This document shows, one piece after another, positions 1 to 14,521 of a stretch of DNA of 64,000 nt. The DNA comes from Octopus bimaculoides (lineage: Eukaryota). The notes beneath the pieces are model-generated. The model was not told the origin of the DNA, did not search any database, and saw nothing but the letters and a program-made list of their open reading frames with translations. The stretch's first letter is position 1, and every line of letters starts with the position of its first letter. Position numbers and translations under genes: made by a program. The DNA is taken from the NCBI RefSeq assembly GCF_001194135.2, contig NC_069004.1, forward strand, positions 13,910,185 through 13,974,184, read 5' to 3'.

Positions 1-555
1 TAAATGTCAAAATTAACTCTTGGGTAACACACGACTCATTGCTCATTCCCTTTTCTTTTCAGCTCCTGTTTTAGTAGTATCTCCTCCACTTACATTTCTC
101 TTCCAAATTGAGATCTGTCATTGCACAGTGAAATTTTAATTCACAACATTGTTGTAGTTATTACAAAATTTAGTCAATTATCTTTCTAAAAGCGTCTCAC
201 AGCCACCATGTGATGATTAAGCCATCACCATAAAGTGACAAAATTAAACATATTTATCAATCAAATGAAATTAATTAAAAAAAAAAAATTATTGGAAGTT
301 AATCTTAAAATCAGATAAAGTTTATGTCCAGACTTGTTTATACTAAAAATAAATAAAAAACAACTACATGAAAATTTAAAAATATTCTGAAATCTGTTTT
401 AAAATACTTTCTAACTTCAAAGAGAATTTTAAAGAGGTTGTATTTCAAAGTCAAATGGATAGCATAAAAGAAATAAGTTCTATTTGGAAGCTGACTGAAG
501 TTCACATTTATACTATTCTACATAGTCATGTCAAAGACAAGAAAAATGGACTCAC

Positions 556-701
556 AGGCCATAGGAAGAATTAACACATATACTAGTCACATTCCCTGGA
601 TGCTCATTGTCAATCCATGCCAAAAGACACACTATGTCAGGCTGGAAACCTGGGTTCCATCGCCGCTGGGAGGGTTTTACCTTTAATGCTGTGCTGTATT
701 C
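556..701 (-). CDS. STXBP5: Tomosyn exon, 146 nt: EYSTALKVKPSQRRWNPGFQPDIVCLLAWIDNEHPGNVTSICVNSSYG(L)
   Basis: Lies inside ORF 552..758. Acceptor atcttccag, donor CT|gtgagt; resembles CLKVK...PGYQTELVIQLVW...QITSLAVNSSYGL. Confidence 0.95.
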
Positions 702-3700
702 CTGGAAGATTGATGAAGTCATTAATATAATTGTTTCGAAAACCAACATGTTCAACAAAAACTTTCAATGTAAACAGATATTTCTAGAAACACTGAAAAT
801 AATCATTTAAAAAAAGCTAAATTTTACTTGATGCAAAATCATGTTAAAAGAACAACAAAAACCACAAACACAGAAACTGCTGCCAAATTTTTTGTGACTG
901 TAATGAGATTGGATATAAAAATAGACGAATTTAAAAAGCTTTTGTAATGCACTTTACTTTTCATGGGATGTAGCAATGTCGGGAGAAATTAGTTAATTTA
1001 GAAATTATAAGCTATCTGTATTAACAATATTTGTATTAACAAGTACTTGAACTTTTTGCTATTTTCTTAGTGTTTTCCTCATATATTTAGAGTTTTGAAG
1101 TTGAAAACTATTAAAAAAAAAAAAAAAAAAATAAATACAATGCATTGCTATTTTGTTGGCAGAGGAATTACTGTAGTCTTTAGGTTCCAAGATCATAGAA
1201 GGATAGAGGTAAGAGTAAGAATGTAGTTGTTTGTAAAATCATGTGCCATTGAAATTCTTCAGACTTCCTTCACATAACATTATGACATCTGAGCAAAGGT
1301 AAGAAAGTCCATATTTTATTTTGCTTATTTATTAGTTTAGGATGGAAGAACAGTACTATAGCTTTTCTCCATCTCTCCAAGTCTAGAGAATAGTGGATGG
1401 GGTTAATAAGAGAAACATGGGAGTAAGATATGGTTTCTCATGGGGGAAGGTATTCACTTAGGATTGCATAAAAGGCTTAGTATGAGTTGATAACATTAAG
1501 GATTGTACTCAAGCACTAATCTGATGTGGAGTCAGATGCAGAGGTGAATCAAAGACTAAAATATTCTTGCCAACTCAATGCAGTGGAGAGCAGCTGACAA
1601 CACAAAAGCAATGAACAGCCAGAGGATGAAAGACAGAAGTCAGTAGCACAGCAAGCAGCTAACTACACTTTAACTGCTGTTACAACTACACCAAAAACAA
1701 TAACATTCAAAATGCACTTGACAGTATTTACTTTTTGTTTATGGGAAGAATAAAATACTGTTTATCAAAAATCAAAACAGATTTCATCATCCTCTTCAAC
1801 CCTAACAAATTATATTTAAATATAGAAATGAGATTGTATAGGGAAGTATAAAGAAATAGAATTTCATTTATTACTGAATTACATTTTAGTTATTTAAATT
1901 TTGATCCTACTTTTCAAAAGTTGATTAAGTAAGATCCTGTATACCTCTGACAAAATTTGAAGTTAAATTCATATCAACCTGTGATTATCTGAAATCACAA
2001 TATATACTAAAATACTCAAATTATAATAGCAATTAATCGCAACAAATAAAATCAAATAAATAGATCTTTAACTTTAAAAAGTTACATTTTCTTTCCTTTC
2101 CTTTTTTGTTAATAGATTTATATTTATTTCTCCAGATTACATTTTGAAATTTGTTTGGACAGGGAGTGGCATTTGTCAGCTAAGCAGACTGAGGCCTACA
2201 TCTCAATAAACCCAAGTATGGGTTTGAGCTCATGATTATATATTGCCAGTACTGAAGGTTGGATAGTTGGGATAAAGTTGTCATGGATGAGACATAAAAG
2301 CAGTTTGTCATCATCATCATTTAACGTCCATTTTTCCATGCTGGCATGGGTTAGATGGTTTGACAGGAGATAGTAAACTGAAGAGCTGCACTAGTTAATT
2401 ATCTTATTAGTGAAGATTAGCCATTTTCTTGACTCAGATTTCCAAGTGACAAATAGATAACAGTGTCACTTCAAGGAATGCATTGAATGCTAAAAGCAGC
2501 ATTATATTATTTGTAAGTATTACTATGAAAACACAGTTTCTTCTTGGATAACATCAATATATTAACAATTATTATTTTTTTAACAAAAAAAATTAAAAAT
2601 ATCAAGTGTTAATGTAAGATGGGCAGATGACTGAATGAGCATTGTTAGTAAAAATACAATACTTTCCATTGCTGGTATTACTATATTTCTTTAGACTATA
2701 ACATATTATTGTTATCAACAAAATTGCTTTTAAGTATAGTAAGTTTTTTTTTTTCAGACAGTTGTCTTATGAAGACTTCCAAAATTTTATATATTGCTTT
2801 TTATTTTTTTAAGAAAATGCTTTCATGTTACAAAAACTTTTTGTTGCTAAAAATATGGTACAGAATCCAGAAAAAAAAAGAGGCTTAAACAAAATATCTA
2901 ACAATAAGAAAGTAATTCTGTTTCAACTGGATTGTTAGATATTTCTTTATGGGCTAGTAGCAACACCAACTCAGAAGTACAAATAGCAACCACTATGAAA
3001 GTGTTGCAAAATGATAACGTAACTTCTTGATAAATATATTAGTAATGTAAAATTAAAAAAAAAAATAAAGCCAAGACACAATCAAAAGAAAATATTCCAT
3101 GCACTCAGATATTGCATATTTTTTGGTAGTAAACAGATTTAATACTTATGGAGTGAAGATAAAAGTTAAAAAAAGGAAGTTAAATTTAAAATTATCATTT
3201 CACATAACCATTACAAGACATTCAGGTGAAGAATAAAGTTTTAAAAGGAATCAATATATTATTAAGCAACAGGAATGTAAGAAAAAACAAGTCATTTTCA
3301 AGAAAACATGGAAAAAAAAAAATCAATATCAGTTTGTGTTGGGTGGTTCAAGTAGAATTATAAGATATTCTTTAAAATCTCACTAAATCTGATGCAAGTT
3401 GATGTTGTGTGAAAGGAATAAATAAAATGATAAAAAAATAATTAAAACAAATTATTTTCACTTCAAGTTAGTTTAAAATGTTGGAAATATATAATTGTAT
3501 TTTTTAATAAAAACTACAATAAGAAATAACTAGTCAGAAATGCTTCCATGTTAGAAGAGGCAGTAAAATGTCACCCCCACCTCCTCCAAAAAACCCAAAT
3601 AAAATAAAAAAAGAATCAAGATGAATGAAAGAGCTGAAAAAACAAAAACAGATAAATAAGATCCGTTCACCATCTGCCCAGAAAATTTACCATGATTTTG

Positions 3701-4717
3701 ATAGAGATGGATAATTTAGGGATATAATGAATATTTGAATCTCCAACTTAAATACATAGCAGATGTCTCCCCTAAAACAGTGGTTCTTAACCTGAATAGT
3801 AATGTTCCCTTTTTTGAAATGAGAGCTCACAAAGGGGCAGTTAATGCAATGGGGAGGTGGTGGTACCAAGGGGAGGGGATGAGTATTTAGAGCAGTGAAT
3901 GTCAACCATTTATATCCCTATGGACCCCTTTGATTCCTATTTTATTCAACTGGACCCTAATTAACATTCAATATTTAAAAAAAAAATCCTATTATATTTG
4001 TAAAATTAAATATCACAAGGAATTGTATATTTTTTATCTTTCATCTTTTACTTGTCTCAGTCATTAGACTGTGGCCATGCTGAAGCACTGCTTTGAAGAA
4101 TTTTTAGTCNNNNNNNNNNNNNNNNNNNNNNNNNNNNNNNNNNNNNNNNNNNNNNNNNNNNNNNNNNNNNNNNNNNNNNNNNNNNNNNNNNNNNNNNNNN
4201 NNNNNNNNNNNNNNNNNNNNNNNNNNNNNNNNNNNNNNNNNNNNNNNNNNNNNNNNNNNNNNNNNNNNNNNNNNNNNNNNNNNNNNNNNNNNNNNNNNNN
4301 NNNNNNNNNNNNNNNNNNNNNNNNNNNNNNNNNNNNNNNNNNNNNNNNNNNNNNNNNNNNNNNNNNNNNNNNNNNNNNNNNNNNNNNNNNNNNNNNNNNN
4401 NNNNNNNNNNNNNNNNNNNNNNNNNNNNNNNNNNNCAAATAAATGTTTAGATAAAAATCATATGCATCTGTGTGTGCATTCTTTTATCAGCCCAAAGGCT
4501 GTGGCCATACTGGAGTACCACCAGTGTAATCCCCTTTTCAATGGCCATTCTTATGCAATTGACCTTTGGTGAAGGAGGAAGTTCAACACTGCTGCCCTCT
4601 TTTGAGTTTCTTGCTGAGATATAAGTTCATCTAGGACCTTGGACAGCAGGAGGTCAAGTTGTTCCTTGACAACATCTACCCTACTCCATGAAGATCCCTC
4701 AAATATTTTTGCATGCA

Positions 4718-4752
<35 letters not shown>

Positions 4753-5644
4753 CATACACACTTGATCTACACTCTGATTCTCAAGTGCTTGGACTATATG
4801 CTTAGCTAGAATCTGATGCTATTAAAAGCTTTCTTGTAATCAATGAATACAAGAAACAGTTAAATATTGTATTCCTTTATCCTGTCTTGAAGCCAGTTTA
4901 CTACAGGGAAATGATTAATTGTAGAGAAAACTGCTTGGAAGTTGGTCTGTTTCAGATGGTGGGGTGAAGTCCACAGTCCTCAGCATTCTTTTTAAGATGA
5001 CAAGTGGGAAAACTATGTACTTACAACATGTGTGTGTTTGTGTGTATACATATATACATATTAGCTATATCTATTGTGCTGCTACTACTGCTACTAATAT
5101 TACTACAACTACTACCACAGCTGGATTAAACACCGTTGGAAACTATTATAAAATAGCTACTAAATTGCTAGAACATTTTCTACTATAATGGTTCTAATTG
5201 CATGTTTCTGGGATGAAATAACACTGAGATTTACATTAGAATAACTTTATAACCATTTCTAATGGTTGAAACTACAGGGAAAAACATCTACTCCAAGTGA
5301 TACTGGGTTACTTAAATAAGGAAGAGATGTGGAAGATATTATTCGGCGGATTCTGATTTGGTGGGATTTTTTTCACAAGGTGCACTTTGGTCTTACCATA
5401 CTATATGATGAGTCTAAATCTAGAGAAGTATGATTGTTTTCATGAGATTCAAGAGATGGTTTTAAAGCAATGGCTGGCAACCTGTTGGTTGGACATAACC
5501 AGCAGCACTGACGTGGACCAATAGTCTGCCAGCCTCGCATAAGACAGGCCCTTTTTGTAACCTGTCCGTGTAGAATGATAACATGTAAATTAGAGAGATA
5601 AAGATTTAGATTTGAAGCAGCTGGATTTACAGTCAATATTTTCA

Positions 5645-5930
<286 letters not shown>

Positions 5931-6351
5931 AGTCCACAAACAATGAGTAAACACCAGAAATAATTAAATCATTAATTTTGCAGAGATTCTCAGAGAGTGA
6001 GAGAGAGAATCTAGTGGACTAAATTAAGATGAAAACTATCACATTATTGCAAAAAATTTCTATAACATTTCTCCTTGTTTAGTTGTAAATTACAGATAAG
6101 AGAAAATGTAATTGTATAAAACTGAAAACAGAAATCTATTTTAGCATAATAATGCAATTCAGACTTGGAGGAAAAAAAAATACATTAAAAAAGAAATCAA
6201 CAATAAAATGAATTAAGTGTGTGCGCGTGCACACGTGCATCGTATATTGGTAGTGAGGTTAAGTTGATACTTTACAATACAACAATATATTATTTCATGA
6301 TAACCAAATACAAAATAGATACCAGTATGATATATGCCATTACTGATTGAC

Positions 6352-6395
<44 letters not shown>

Positions 6396-9370
6396 TATCA
6401 TCATCATCATTATCAGGGCAGTGAACTGGCAGAGGTGAAATGCTTAGTAGTATTTCGTCTGTTGCTACATTCTGAGTTCAAATTCTGCTGAGGTTGACTT
6501 TGTCTTTCATCCTTTCGGGGCCCGATAAATTAAGTACTGGGGTCGAGGTAATCAACTAGTCTCCTCCCCACAAATTCCAGGCCTTGTGCCTATAGTAGAA
6601 AGGATTCTTATTATCATTATTGTCAAGGTGGCAAGCTGGTAGAATTGTTAGCACACTGGGAAAGATACTTAGTGGCATTTCATCTGTCTTTACGTTCTGA
6701 GTTCAAATTCCACTGAGGTTGACTTTGCCATTCATCCTTTCAGGGTCAAATAGATTATAGTACCAGTTAAACACTAGGGACAATATAATTTCAGGTCTTG
6801 TGCCTTTAGTAAAAAGGATTATTATTATCATTATTGTTATGCCAGTACCATGTAGAGGGTATCTGTATTGGTGCCACATACAAAGCACCTATGCTGGCGC
6901 TACATAAAAAGCAGTCATGCTGGTGCCATGTAAAATGCACCTGTGCTGGTTCCACATGTAAAACAACTGGGCTGGTGCCATGTAATAGCAGTGGTGCTGG
7001 TACCATGTACAAAACCACCAAGAACACTCTGTAAAATGGTTGGTGTTAAGAAGAGCTTCAAGCTTTAGAAACGATGCCGAAACAGACAATTGGAGCTTGG
7101 GCAGCTCCTATCAAACTGTCCATGGAAAACAGACATTATATGATGATGATGATGTCATCTGAGAGTAAACACTATCTCTTTTGTTTCATCAAATACCTTC
7201 TGTGTAAAATAAAGAAGTGATTAAGAATTAGTATTAGACTTCATGCCATGTGGTGTTTTGTTTTAGTTAAATCCATTAATGTTCTGATTTTAAACCACTT
7301 TAACTTGTCATCTTTTGGGGTCTGCAAAATGATTATCAGGTGGGGGACCAAATTCATAAGAAGCTGATGAAAACATACAACCTGTCACTTCATAGTCAAG
7401 TGGTTCGCTTCTTAACTGACCCTCCTATTGATGTGGCCACCCCACAGAATTAAAAAGCAAAACCTATCAAAGGTGGATGAGCATTTTGAGGCAAAATGGC
7501 ACCCATATCTTGGAGAAGAAGAGAAACACTACCAGGTTTACTGGATCCAGTGAAACCAGAATTGTGGTTGGACCAATTTTAACATTTAGATTTCCCTGTC
7601 AAATGTAATACTTATCTATTCACATTGTTTTGAATTAAATTATGCATTATTTGTGTATGTTTTGGTTTCATATTCGGTCAAGGTTGACTTTGCCTTTTAT
7701 CATTTTTGGGAGTCGATAAAGTAAGTACCAGTTGAGTACTGGGGTTGATATAATCAACTCAACCTTCCCAGAAATTGCAAGCCTTGTGCCAAAATTTGAA
7801 ATTATAATCATTGTTGTTATTGTTATTGTTATTATTATTGTTATTATTATTATTATTATTATAACTAAGGTAGCGAGCTGGCAGAATTATTAGCATACCA
7901 AGCAAAAATGCTTAGTGACATTTCATCTGCTTTATGTTCTGAGTTCAAATTCTGCTGAGGTCGACTTTGTCTTTCATCCTTTTGCGGTCGATAGACTAAG
8001 TATCAGTGAAACACTGGTGGGGAGTCGATGTAATCAACTAATCCTGTCTCACCAAATTTCATGACTTGTGCCTTCAGTAGGAAGGATTATTATTATTATT
8101 ATTATTATTAACAGACATGCTACTAAAAACTGAACCTTTCTATTCACTTGTGCCACATTCTTGGTAGATAATCTACAAGCCTCTCTGTTTATAGGTGGAG
8201 GTCATATATGGCAAATACAGAGATTTCTTTCTGTTAGGATATTAAAGAAGACATTCCAAGTGAGAAAAGTCAATTATCTCAACAAACTTCATAACATTAA
8301 CACAAAAAAAATATGGAATAAATAACTTGGTAAACAATGGAAGGGGATTCAGTTTAAGAGTCTGCAATTTATAAATTAGTTCCAATCTGTAATTAGACCT
8401 AATTGTTTACATGACCATACACACACATATATCCAAGTCAGTCTAGCTAAGAATATCTTCTGTTTTATAAGATAAAAGTTTGTTATTGTGTTTCGAAATA
8501 AACAGAGTATAACACAACAGATAGTTTATCAATTAAATGGAAAATAAGAGGAAGCATTTTTTTTTTATCTTGTTATTTAGAAAACAATAATTTAATACAT
8601 TACAAATTTAGGTAATTCATTGAAAAAGAAAATCTTGTTTATTATTCTCATTATACCCTTAAAAAACACTCAGTTTACAAGAAAAAAAAAAAAAACTTTC
8701 ATTAAATGTCTGGAAGTCGTAGAGTTCAAATTGTTATTCTCAACCCTTTGGTGCCAACCCACCCGAGACTACCTCTGGTTCTATGATGCAAAGCTGAAAA
8801 CATTCCACGATGATTTCTTTTTTTCTTTTAAGAAGCTTTTTGTTAGCACTAGCTTAATATAGAAATCAATGAAAAAGAAAGTTATTTTACTAAATGCCTT
8901 GATTGTTTTCAAAACTGATAGAAACATAAAAGCAGAGTATTTCATTGGAAATACAGCCATGAAAGGGTTGAGGTTTGTTTAACAAAGAAAAAGAAAAACA
9001 GTGAAACCAAAGCCATAGCCAAGTCGACTTACTGTAGGATGATAAAAGTAAAAGGCGACTAGAATTAAGTACAGCTGGAATGTAATAAGTTGGAGATAAT
9101 TTGATGGGAAATGTTTTTCTTTAATAGGAAAATTAGATTTTGCTTGTCAGAAGTAAATATAATTATAAACCCAAATATAGCTTTTGAATGTATGAGAGAA
9201 TAAAACTGCTAATATAGAATGAAGAATGTTAACACTTGTGTTTGTACGTGCAAGCACGCATGCACTTGTGAGAGCATGAGTTTGATTGTTAGTTGCAGAT
9301 GTATGTATGTATGTGTATATATATGTGGGTGTTTACTTGTGTGTGCAAGCATATGAATGTATGTGTGAGC

Positions 9371-9403
<33 letters not shown>

Positions 9404-9997
9404 ATTTATTAGGACTTTGGAAAATAGGTTCCTAAGTCTTTTAATCTCTTTACTCATTCTCTTCCATCAATGGAATATAAGGTTAATTTGTCTAATTTTC
9501 CAAATAATATAATCTTTAACACATATACTCTTGTAAGTTACAGTTTAACATCAACAGAACATTGGTAAACAAACCATTTCTCAGGCAATTCCATTCTTTA
9601 TTCTTGGTTTGATTACCATTTGGGGAATCAACAAAATTGTTGAAGAGTTGGAAAGAAATGCTTTGCAGTAATCATTCCAGCTCTTTACACTCTCCTTTCA
9701 AATCTTACTGAGGTCAAGTTTGCTTTTCATCCTTCTAGGGGTCAAAAAATAAAATATCAGCCAAGAACTAGGGTTAATATAATTAACTGTTCTCCCTCTC
9801 CTGCCCCATCAAACTTCTGGCTCTGCACCTATGTTAAAAACAATTATTTAATTCAAATCTGGCTTTAACTGGTCAGACCTGTCTGCCATACAAACAAAGC
9901 TAATTATGAGCTAATGAGGGAGCTGCTATGTGGTTAGTCAACTTACTAGAAATAGATATTATATTGTCATCTTTAAAATGAAAAAGATGCATTAGAT

Positions 9998-10238
9998 CAG
10001 TGTTTCTCAACCATTTTTTGCCTATGGACCCCTTTGATTCCTGTTTTACTCAGGCAGACCCTCATATCCATACCATTACATTTTTATAATTAAATACTAT
10101 TAGGAATTGTATAAAAAAACATTGTTTAAATATTTTGTGTATTCGAGAAATATAAGCAAATTCTTGCACATAAATTTTTACAACAAAATCTGATATGGTC
10201 ATTCCAAGGGTCAAATAGTTACTGGTTGAGAACCACTG
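9998..10238. mobile_element. hAT-type (Charlie-like) MITE
   Basis: TIRs CAGTGTTTCTCAACC / GGTTGAGAACCACTG; imperfect 8-bp flanks cattagat/aataagat. Related copies at 48497-48729 and starting at 3778. Confidence 0.75.
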
Positions 10239-10293
10239 AATAAGATAATGTAGCCCAGAGTAGATGGTATGGTCAAGGCTGGAATACCTTTAA

Positions 10294-10506
10294 CCCTTTA
10301 GCACTCAGATTTCTGTCAAATGTAATGCTTATTTATCACATTGTTTGAATTGATGTGTTATCTTGGAGCTTTGAGATTTCGATGACATGAGTGTTTATTT
10401 TTAGAATAATATTGTAGGATAAGTGTGAAAGGCCAGATCTGGCCAATTTGAAGATAATACAGGTAGATTATTTTGGCCAGATATTGCCAGTTTAAATGCT
10501 AAAGAA
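10294..10506. mobile_element. piggyBac-type MITE, about 220 bp, multi-copy
   Basis: TTAA|CCCTTTAGCA...ATGCTAAAG..|TTAA termini. Other copies near 11620-11845, 12636-12842, 28158-28377 (inverted), 39963-40183, 41859-42258 and 54368-54586. Confidence 0.75.
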
Positions 10507-12132
10507 TTAATCATTAGACTGTTTGATCAGAACTAACCTAGGACCAACCAATAGTGTTGTTTATTGGAACTAAGTTTATGGTATTAGAATATCAGGGCAT
10601 TTATGACCAAACTACACAACAAATCTCAGTTTTCTTAGTTTCTTAATAGGATACAGCAGACAACCTCCAGATCAAAGCAAGGAAGCTATATTCCCATTAA
10701 ATTTTCATACTGCTGATGCTACCAGTTGGTTGTAATTCCTGACAGGGGATTTGGATTCAGAATACACAGGGCTAGAATATATATTGCAAAGATATCCTGT
10801 TTGATTCCTCAAACAATGTTGACAATCCGCAACCATAGATTGTTGTTTTATCTATTGATCCTGAAACAATGAAACAAAATCTGACCTTGGTAGGATTTGA
10901 ACTATTACTACAGAGCTGAAACAAATTCTACAAAGCATTTTGTCCGATGCCCAGATGATTCTGTCAGTTTACTTTTAATTTTGTCACATCTCAAGAGAAT
11001 ATATCAATGTTTTTGATATTATTAAAACTAACATTGTAGAACAAATGTCACCTAAAAACTCTGATTGCAGAGATAGTAGAATGTCAGGCAAAATATCCTA
11101 TGATGGTTAGTAACATTCCTTTAAATTCTGAAAAATTCTACCAGAGTTAACTCCTTCCAGAGTTAATAAAATAAATCAGCCAAGAACTGAGGAGTCAATT
11201 TAATAAGCTATTTCCAACTGTCCCACCATCAATCTCTCTCAATAAATCCATAGCTTTTATCTGATCAGCACAATATCGTTATTACTATTTGCACCAAGAG
11301 GCCATACTCAAAGACATGAAGTCAAAATTTTTTTGACTCATCAACAAAATTTTCATCTAACTTCATTGACCATCATTTGAAGAGGAAAATTATCGGGGAG
11401 AGAGAGAAATACAGATTATTCTTATCATTTAGTAAAGTTAAATGAAATGTTGATGAGAGAGCAAATTTGATGAAGATGTGACAGATGATCTTTTCAGGGA
11501 AAAAAATGCTTGTTGTGGCTTTAAGCCTATTGTCTTCTATGAATGGACCTTTTACACCAACATTATTTTGTTAGTAGAACTTTGTTCTATTTTATTTATT
11601 TATTTATATATATATTGAACTCATTAGCATTCCAATTACTCTATCAAATGCAATGCTTATTTATCCACATAATTTTTGAATTAATCAGGCATCATCTCAT
11701 AGCTTCAAGATTTTGATATGTGATTATTTAGTACTAGAGCATTATGAAGGAGGTATGAGAAATCAGATCTTGCTGGTTTGAATATAAAAAAAAACGAAGA
11801 ATATTTTGGCTGGATGTGGCCAGTTTAAATGTTAAAAGGTTAATTATTTTTTATAAGTATTTTAAAATTTGTTTATTTAAAGCTGTTTTCTTTTTTCAGC
11901 ATGATTTAAATGGGAAGATATTTGAGGGTGGATTTTTACAGCCAAATGCTCTTTCTGTTACCAACCCTTACCTGTTTTTCAAGTAGGGCTGTTTTCATTC
12001 AAGAGAAATTTGAATATACAGAGATAGTGGATGATATATTGACAAGAAATGTCAACAAACACCACAGTTGCAGCCTGGTCACAAATGATGTTATTGAAAC
12101 TGTAGCTTAGCAGAGATTGTAAACACTTTGTC

Positions 12133-12211
<79 letters not shown>

Positions 12212-13653
12212 AACACACAGATTTATTTACTTAAAGAAGTTTTTCTATTTGGCTCTTGGAAGTTTCCCTACACTGTGAATGAAAACAGAAACATGAAACT
12301 TGGAGAAGCAACAAAAGCTTTAATATAAATTAATAAAACTTCATAATATGAAGTGAAATCTTACTCCCATCTTGTTTGTTAATACACACACATGCAATAT
12401 AAATACATACATATTTCAAAACATAAGCTCATTGAATGCTAGTTTTTTTAATTTTATTGTGACTTTCTGACTTTACAAGACTGTCATATACATGCATACA
12501 AGTGAGATTCAATGGCTTCTCCTATAATTAAAAATCTTCATCAACCAAAACATGTTGTCTATACCTGCAAACAAGGACTGGATTTCCCTTAAGCATGTAA
12601 ATTAAGAGATCAGTTCTTGAGGAAGATCCATTTAACCCTTTAGTATTCCATTCAGATTACTCAGTTAAATGTAATGTTTATTTATTCACATTATTTTGAA
12701 TTAATGATGCATTCAAGATTTTGATGAAATGATTGTTCATTTCTACAATGACATTATAGGATAAGTGTGAGAAGCCAGATCAGGTCAGTTTAAACATAAA
12801 ACAGATCAAATATTTGGGACTGGATAGGGCCAATTTCAATGGTTAATAATGCATAAGGCTGTGAAATTCATTTCATGGGACAAGTTTTAACTTAGAATTT
12901 ATTTAACAACATTTGTGTTTTATTATTAAATGGCTCTACCAAAATGGAGATGTTTCAGTTTCAAGACAAACTGAAATCAAGACACTTGCTAAACAAAGAT
13001 GAAATCATAATTATCAAAGATGAAGTCATAATTATCTCCACCTTTTGATAATAAATGCTAAAAAACTTGTTTTTGTATTTTTCTTGCAACTGAAATGGAA
13101 ATTTAAATTAATTAAGAATATTTTGTATTATACAGCCTTCAACAACAACACTATATATATATGTGTGTGTGTGTGTGTCTGTGTGTGTGTGTGTGTGTGT
13201 GTGTATGTATTTATTGGCCAATTGTCCATAAATCAGAAAAAAAGCACACTGTAAAAGAAATGTGTGGTTTCTTTTATATTATCGAATAGTATATTCTTGG
13301 TTATAGCATATCACAGGTCAGAAAGTTAGCATTGCTTTCCCAATTTTAAACTTGGCAATACAGATAACTCATCAGACCTACAGGCCTGAAGCACATAGAC
13401 TCTTTAATGCTGGAGGTAAATATACAATCTTGATAAATGCGAAAAAGAAAACAAGCGATAAAAAACCCTTCTCTGAGAGGGAAAGAATTGTCTCCCTTGT
13501 ATGAGTTTTGGCCATGCCTGTAGATTCTTTTTTTTTTTTTGTTATCTCATCTGCAAAAAGGGAAGACGACATACAGGCAAAATCAATAACTTTTTCACCA
13601 GTTATATATCATAAGCAGGAATATACTATTTGACAATGTAAAGTAAATATATG

Positions 13654-14521
13654 CAGGGTGTTTGAGCTAAATTTGACGACTTTTATGCCTCCTTTTTTTT
13701 CAGGAACAACTTGATGAATTGGTGAACAGCCAATAGAGTTGGAGAGCATAAAGACTAAAGTTGTAGTTGAAATGGAGGACTGGAAGCTATTGGAATAGTG
13801 GTAAAAGAGCTACGTGTATGAAGATGATTTGTGCCAGGTATCAAAATGCCAACATCATGACTGCTGCTCTAAGCTCTGTGAACACTGTAAAGGCTGTAAG
13901 AGGTGATATGGACAGGTTCCCCCAAATTGTGATGGTCTTTGGATGTGACTCCAGAGAGGGTGACAACATGCATCCCACATCTTTGGACAGGGCCTTAGGC
14001 TCAATTTAGACAACTAAGTGAAGCTGCAGGGGACTGTGGTCAAACTATGACTGGAGAAAGTTGTTATTGGAAGGCCATATTTTGGCAACAAGGTTTGGAT
14101 CTTTGCCATACCTCTGGAAAGAGTCAGAAGTGGTTGTTGGAGAACTTCTATGACTTCAGTTGCTTCAATTTCTGGCCTCATAATTCCCTTGGTTGTAATC
14201 TCAAGGGTTACGATATGTGATGCACAGTTGAGAATGACACCAATTGCTCGGCCTGCAATACCAAGGCTGAGCTGGTGGTCAAGATCAAGGAGATGCTTGA
14301 AGATCATCCCAGGGACACAGTGAGAAATGCATGCATCAGGCTCCAGAGCCATCTTGGGGCCATGGTTGAAGATGAGAGCAGCTACTTTGAGTAAACTGTT
14401 ATTTCCCAGTCATAATCTGTTCAATATTTTTTGATTGTTTAAAACACTTTTACTTTTGGATGGTATATTGTATTTTCTTTTCCTTTTATGCAAACTATCA
14501 AATTTAGCCTAACATCCTCTG
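13654..14521 (+). mobile_element. Decayed, internally deleted Tc1/mariner-superfamily transposon (maT/Bmmar1-like by motif recall)
   Basis: Imperfect TIRs cagggtgtttgagctaaatttga / tcaaatttagcctaacatcctctg. Broken transposase on +: VMVFGC.SREGD..., RPYFWQQ...CHTSGKSQKWL.ENFYDF...FWPHNS. Confidence 0.8.

Noticed and set aside
12559-12580. AG|GT juxtaposition (ttgtttgcag|gtatag) as a recursive splice site
   Set aside because: The regenerated donor is weak, and such motifs arise by chance in 27 kb of AT-rich intron.
13378-13572. Minus-strand ORF with a PSQRR-like frame resembling the 556-701 exon
   Set aside because: A purine-rich region precedes the AG, there is no good donor, and the similarity is only a few residues.
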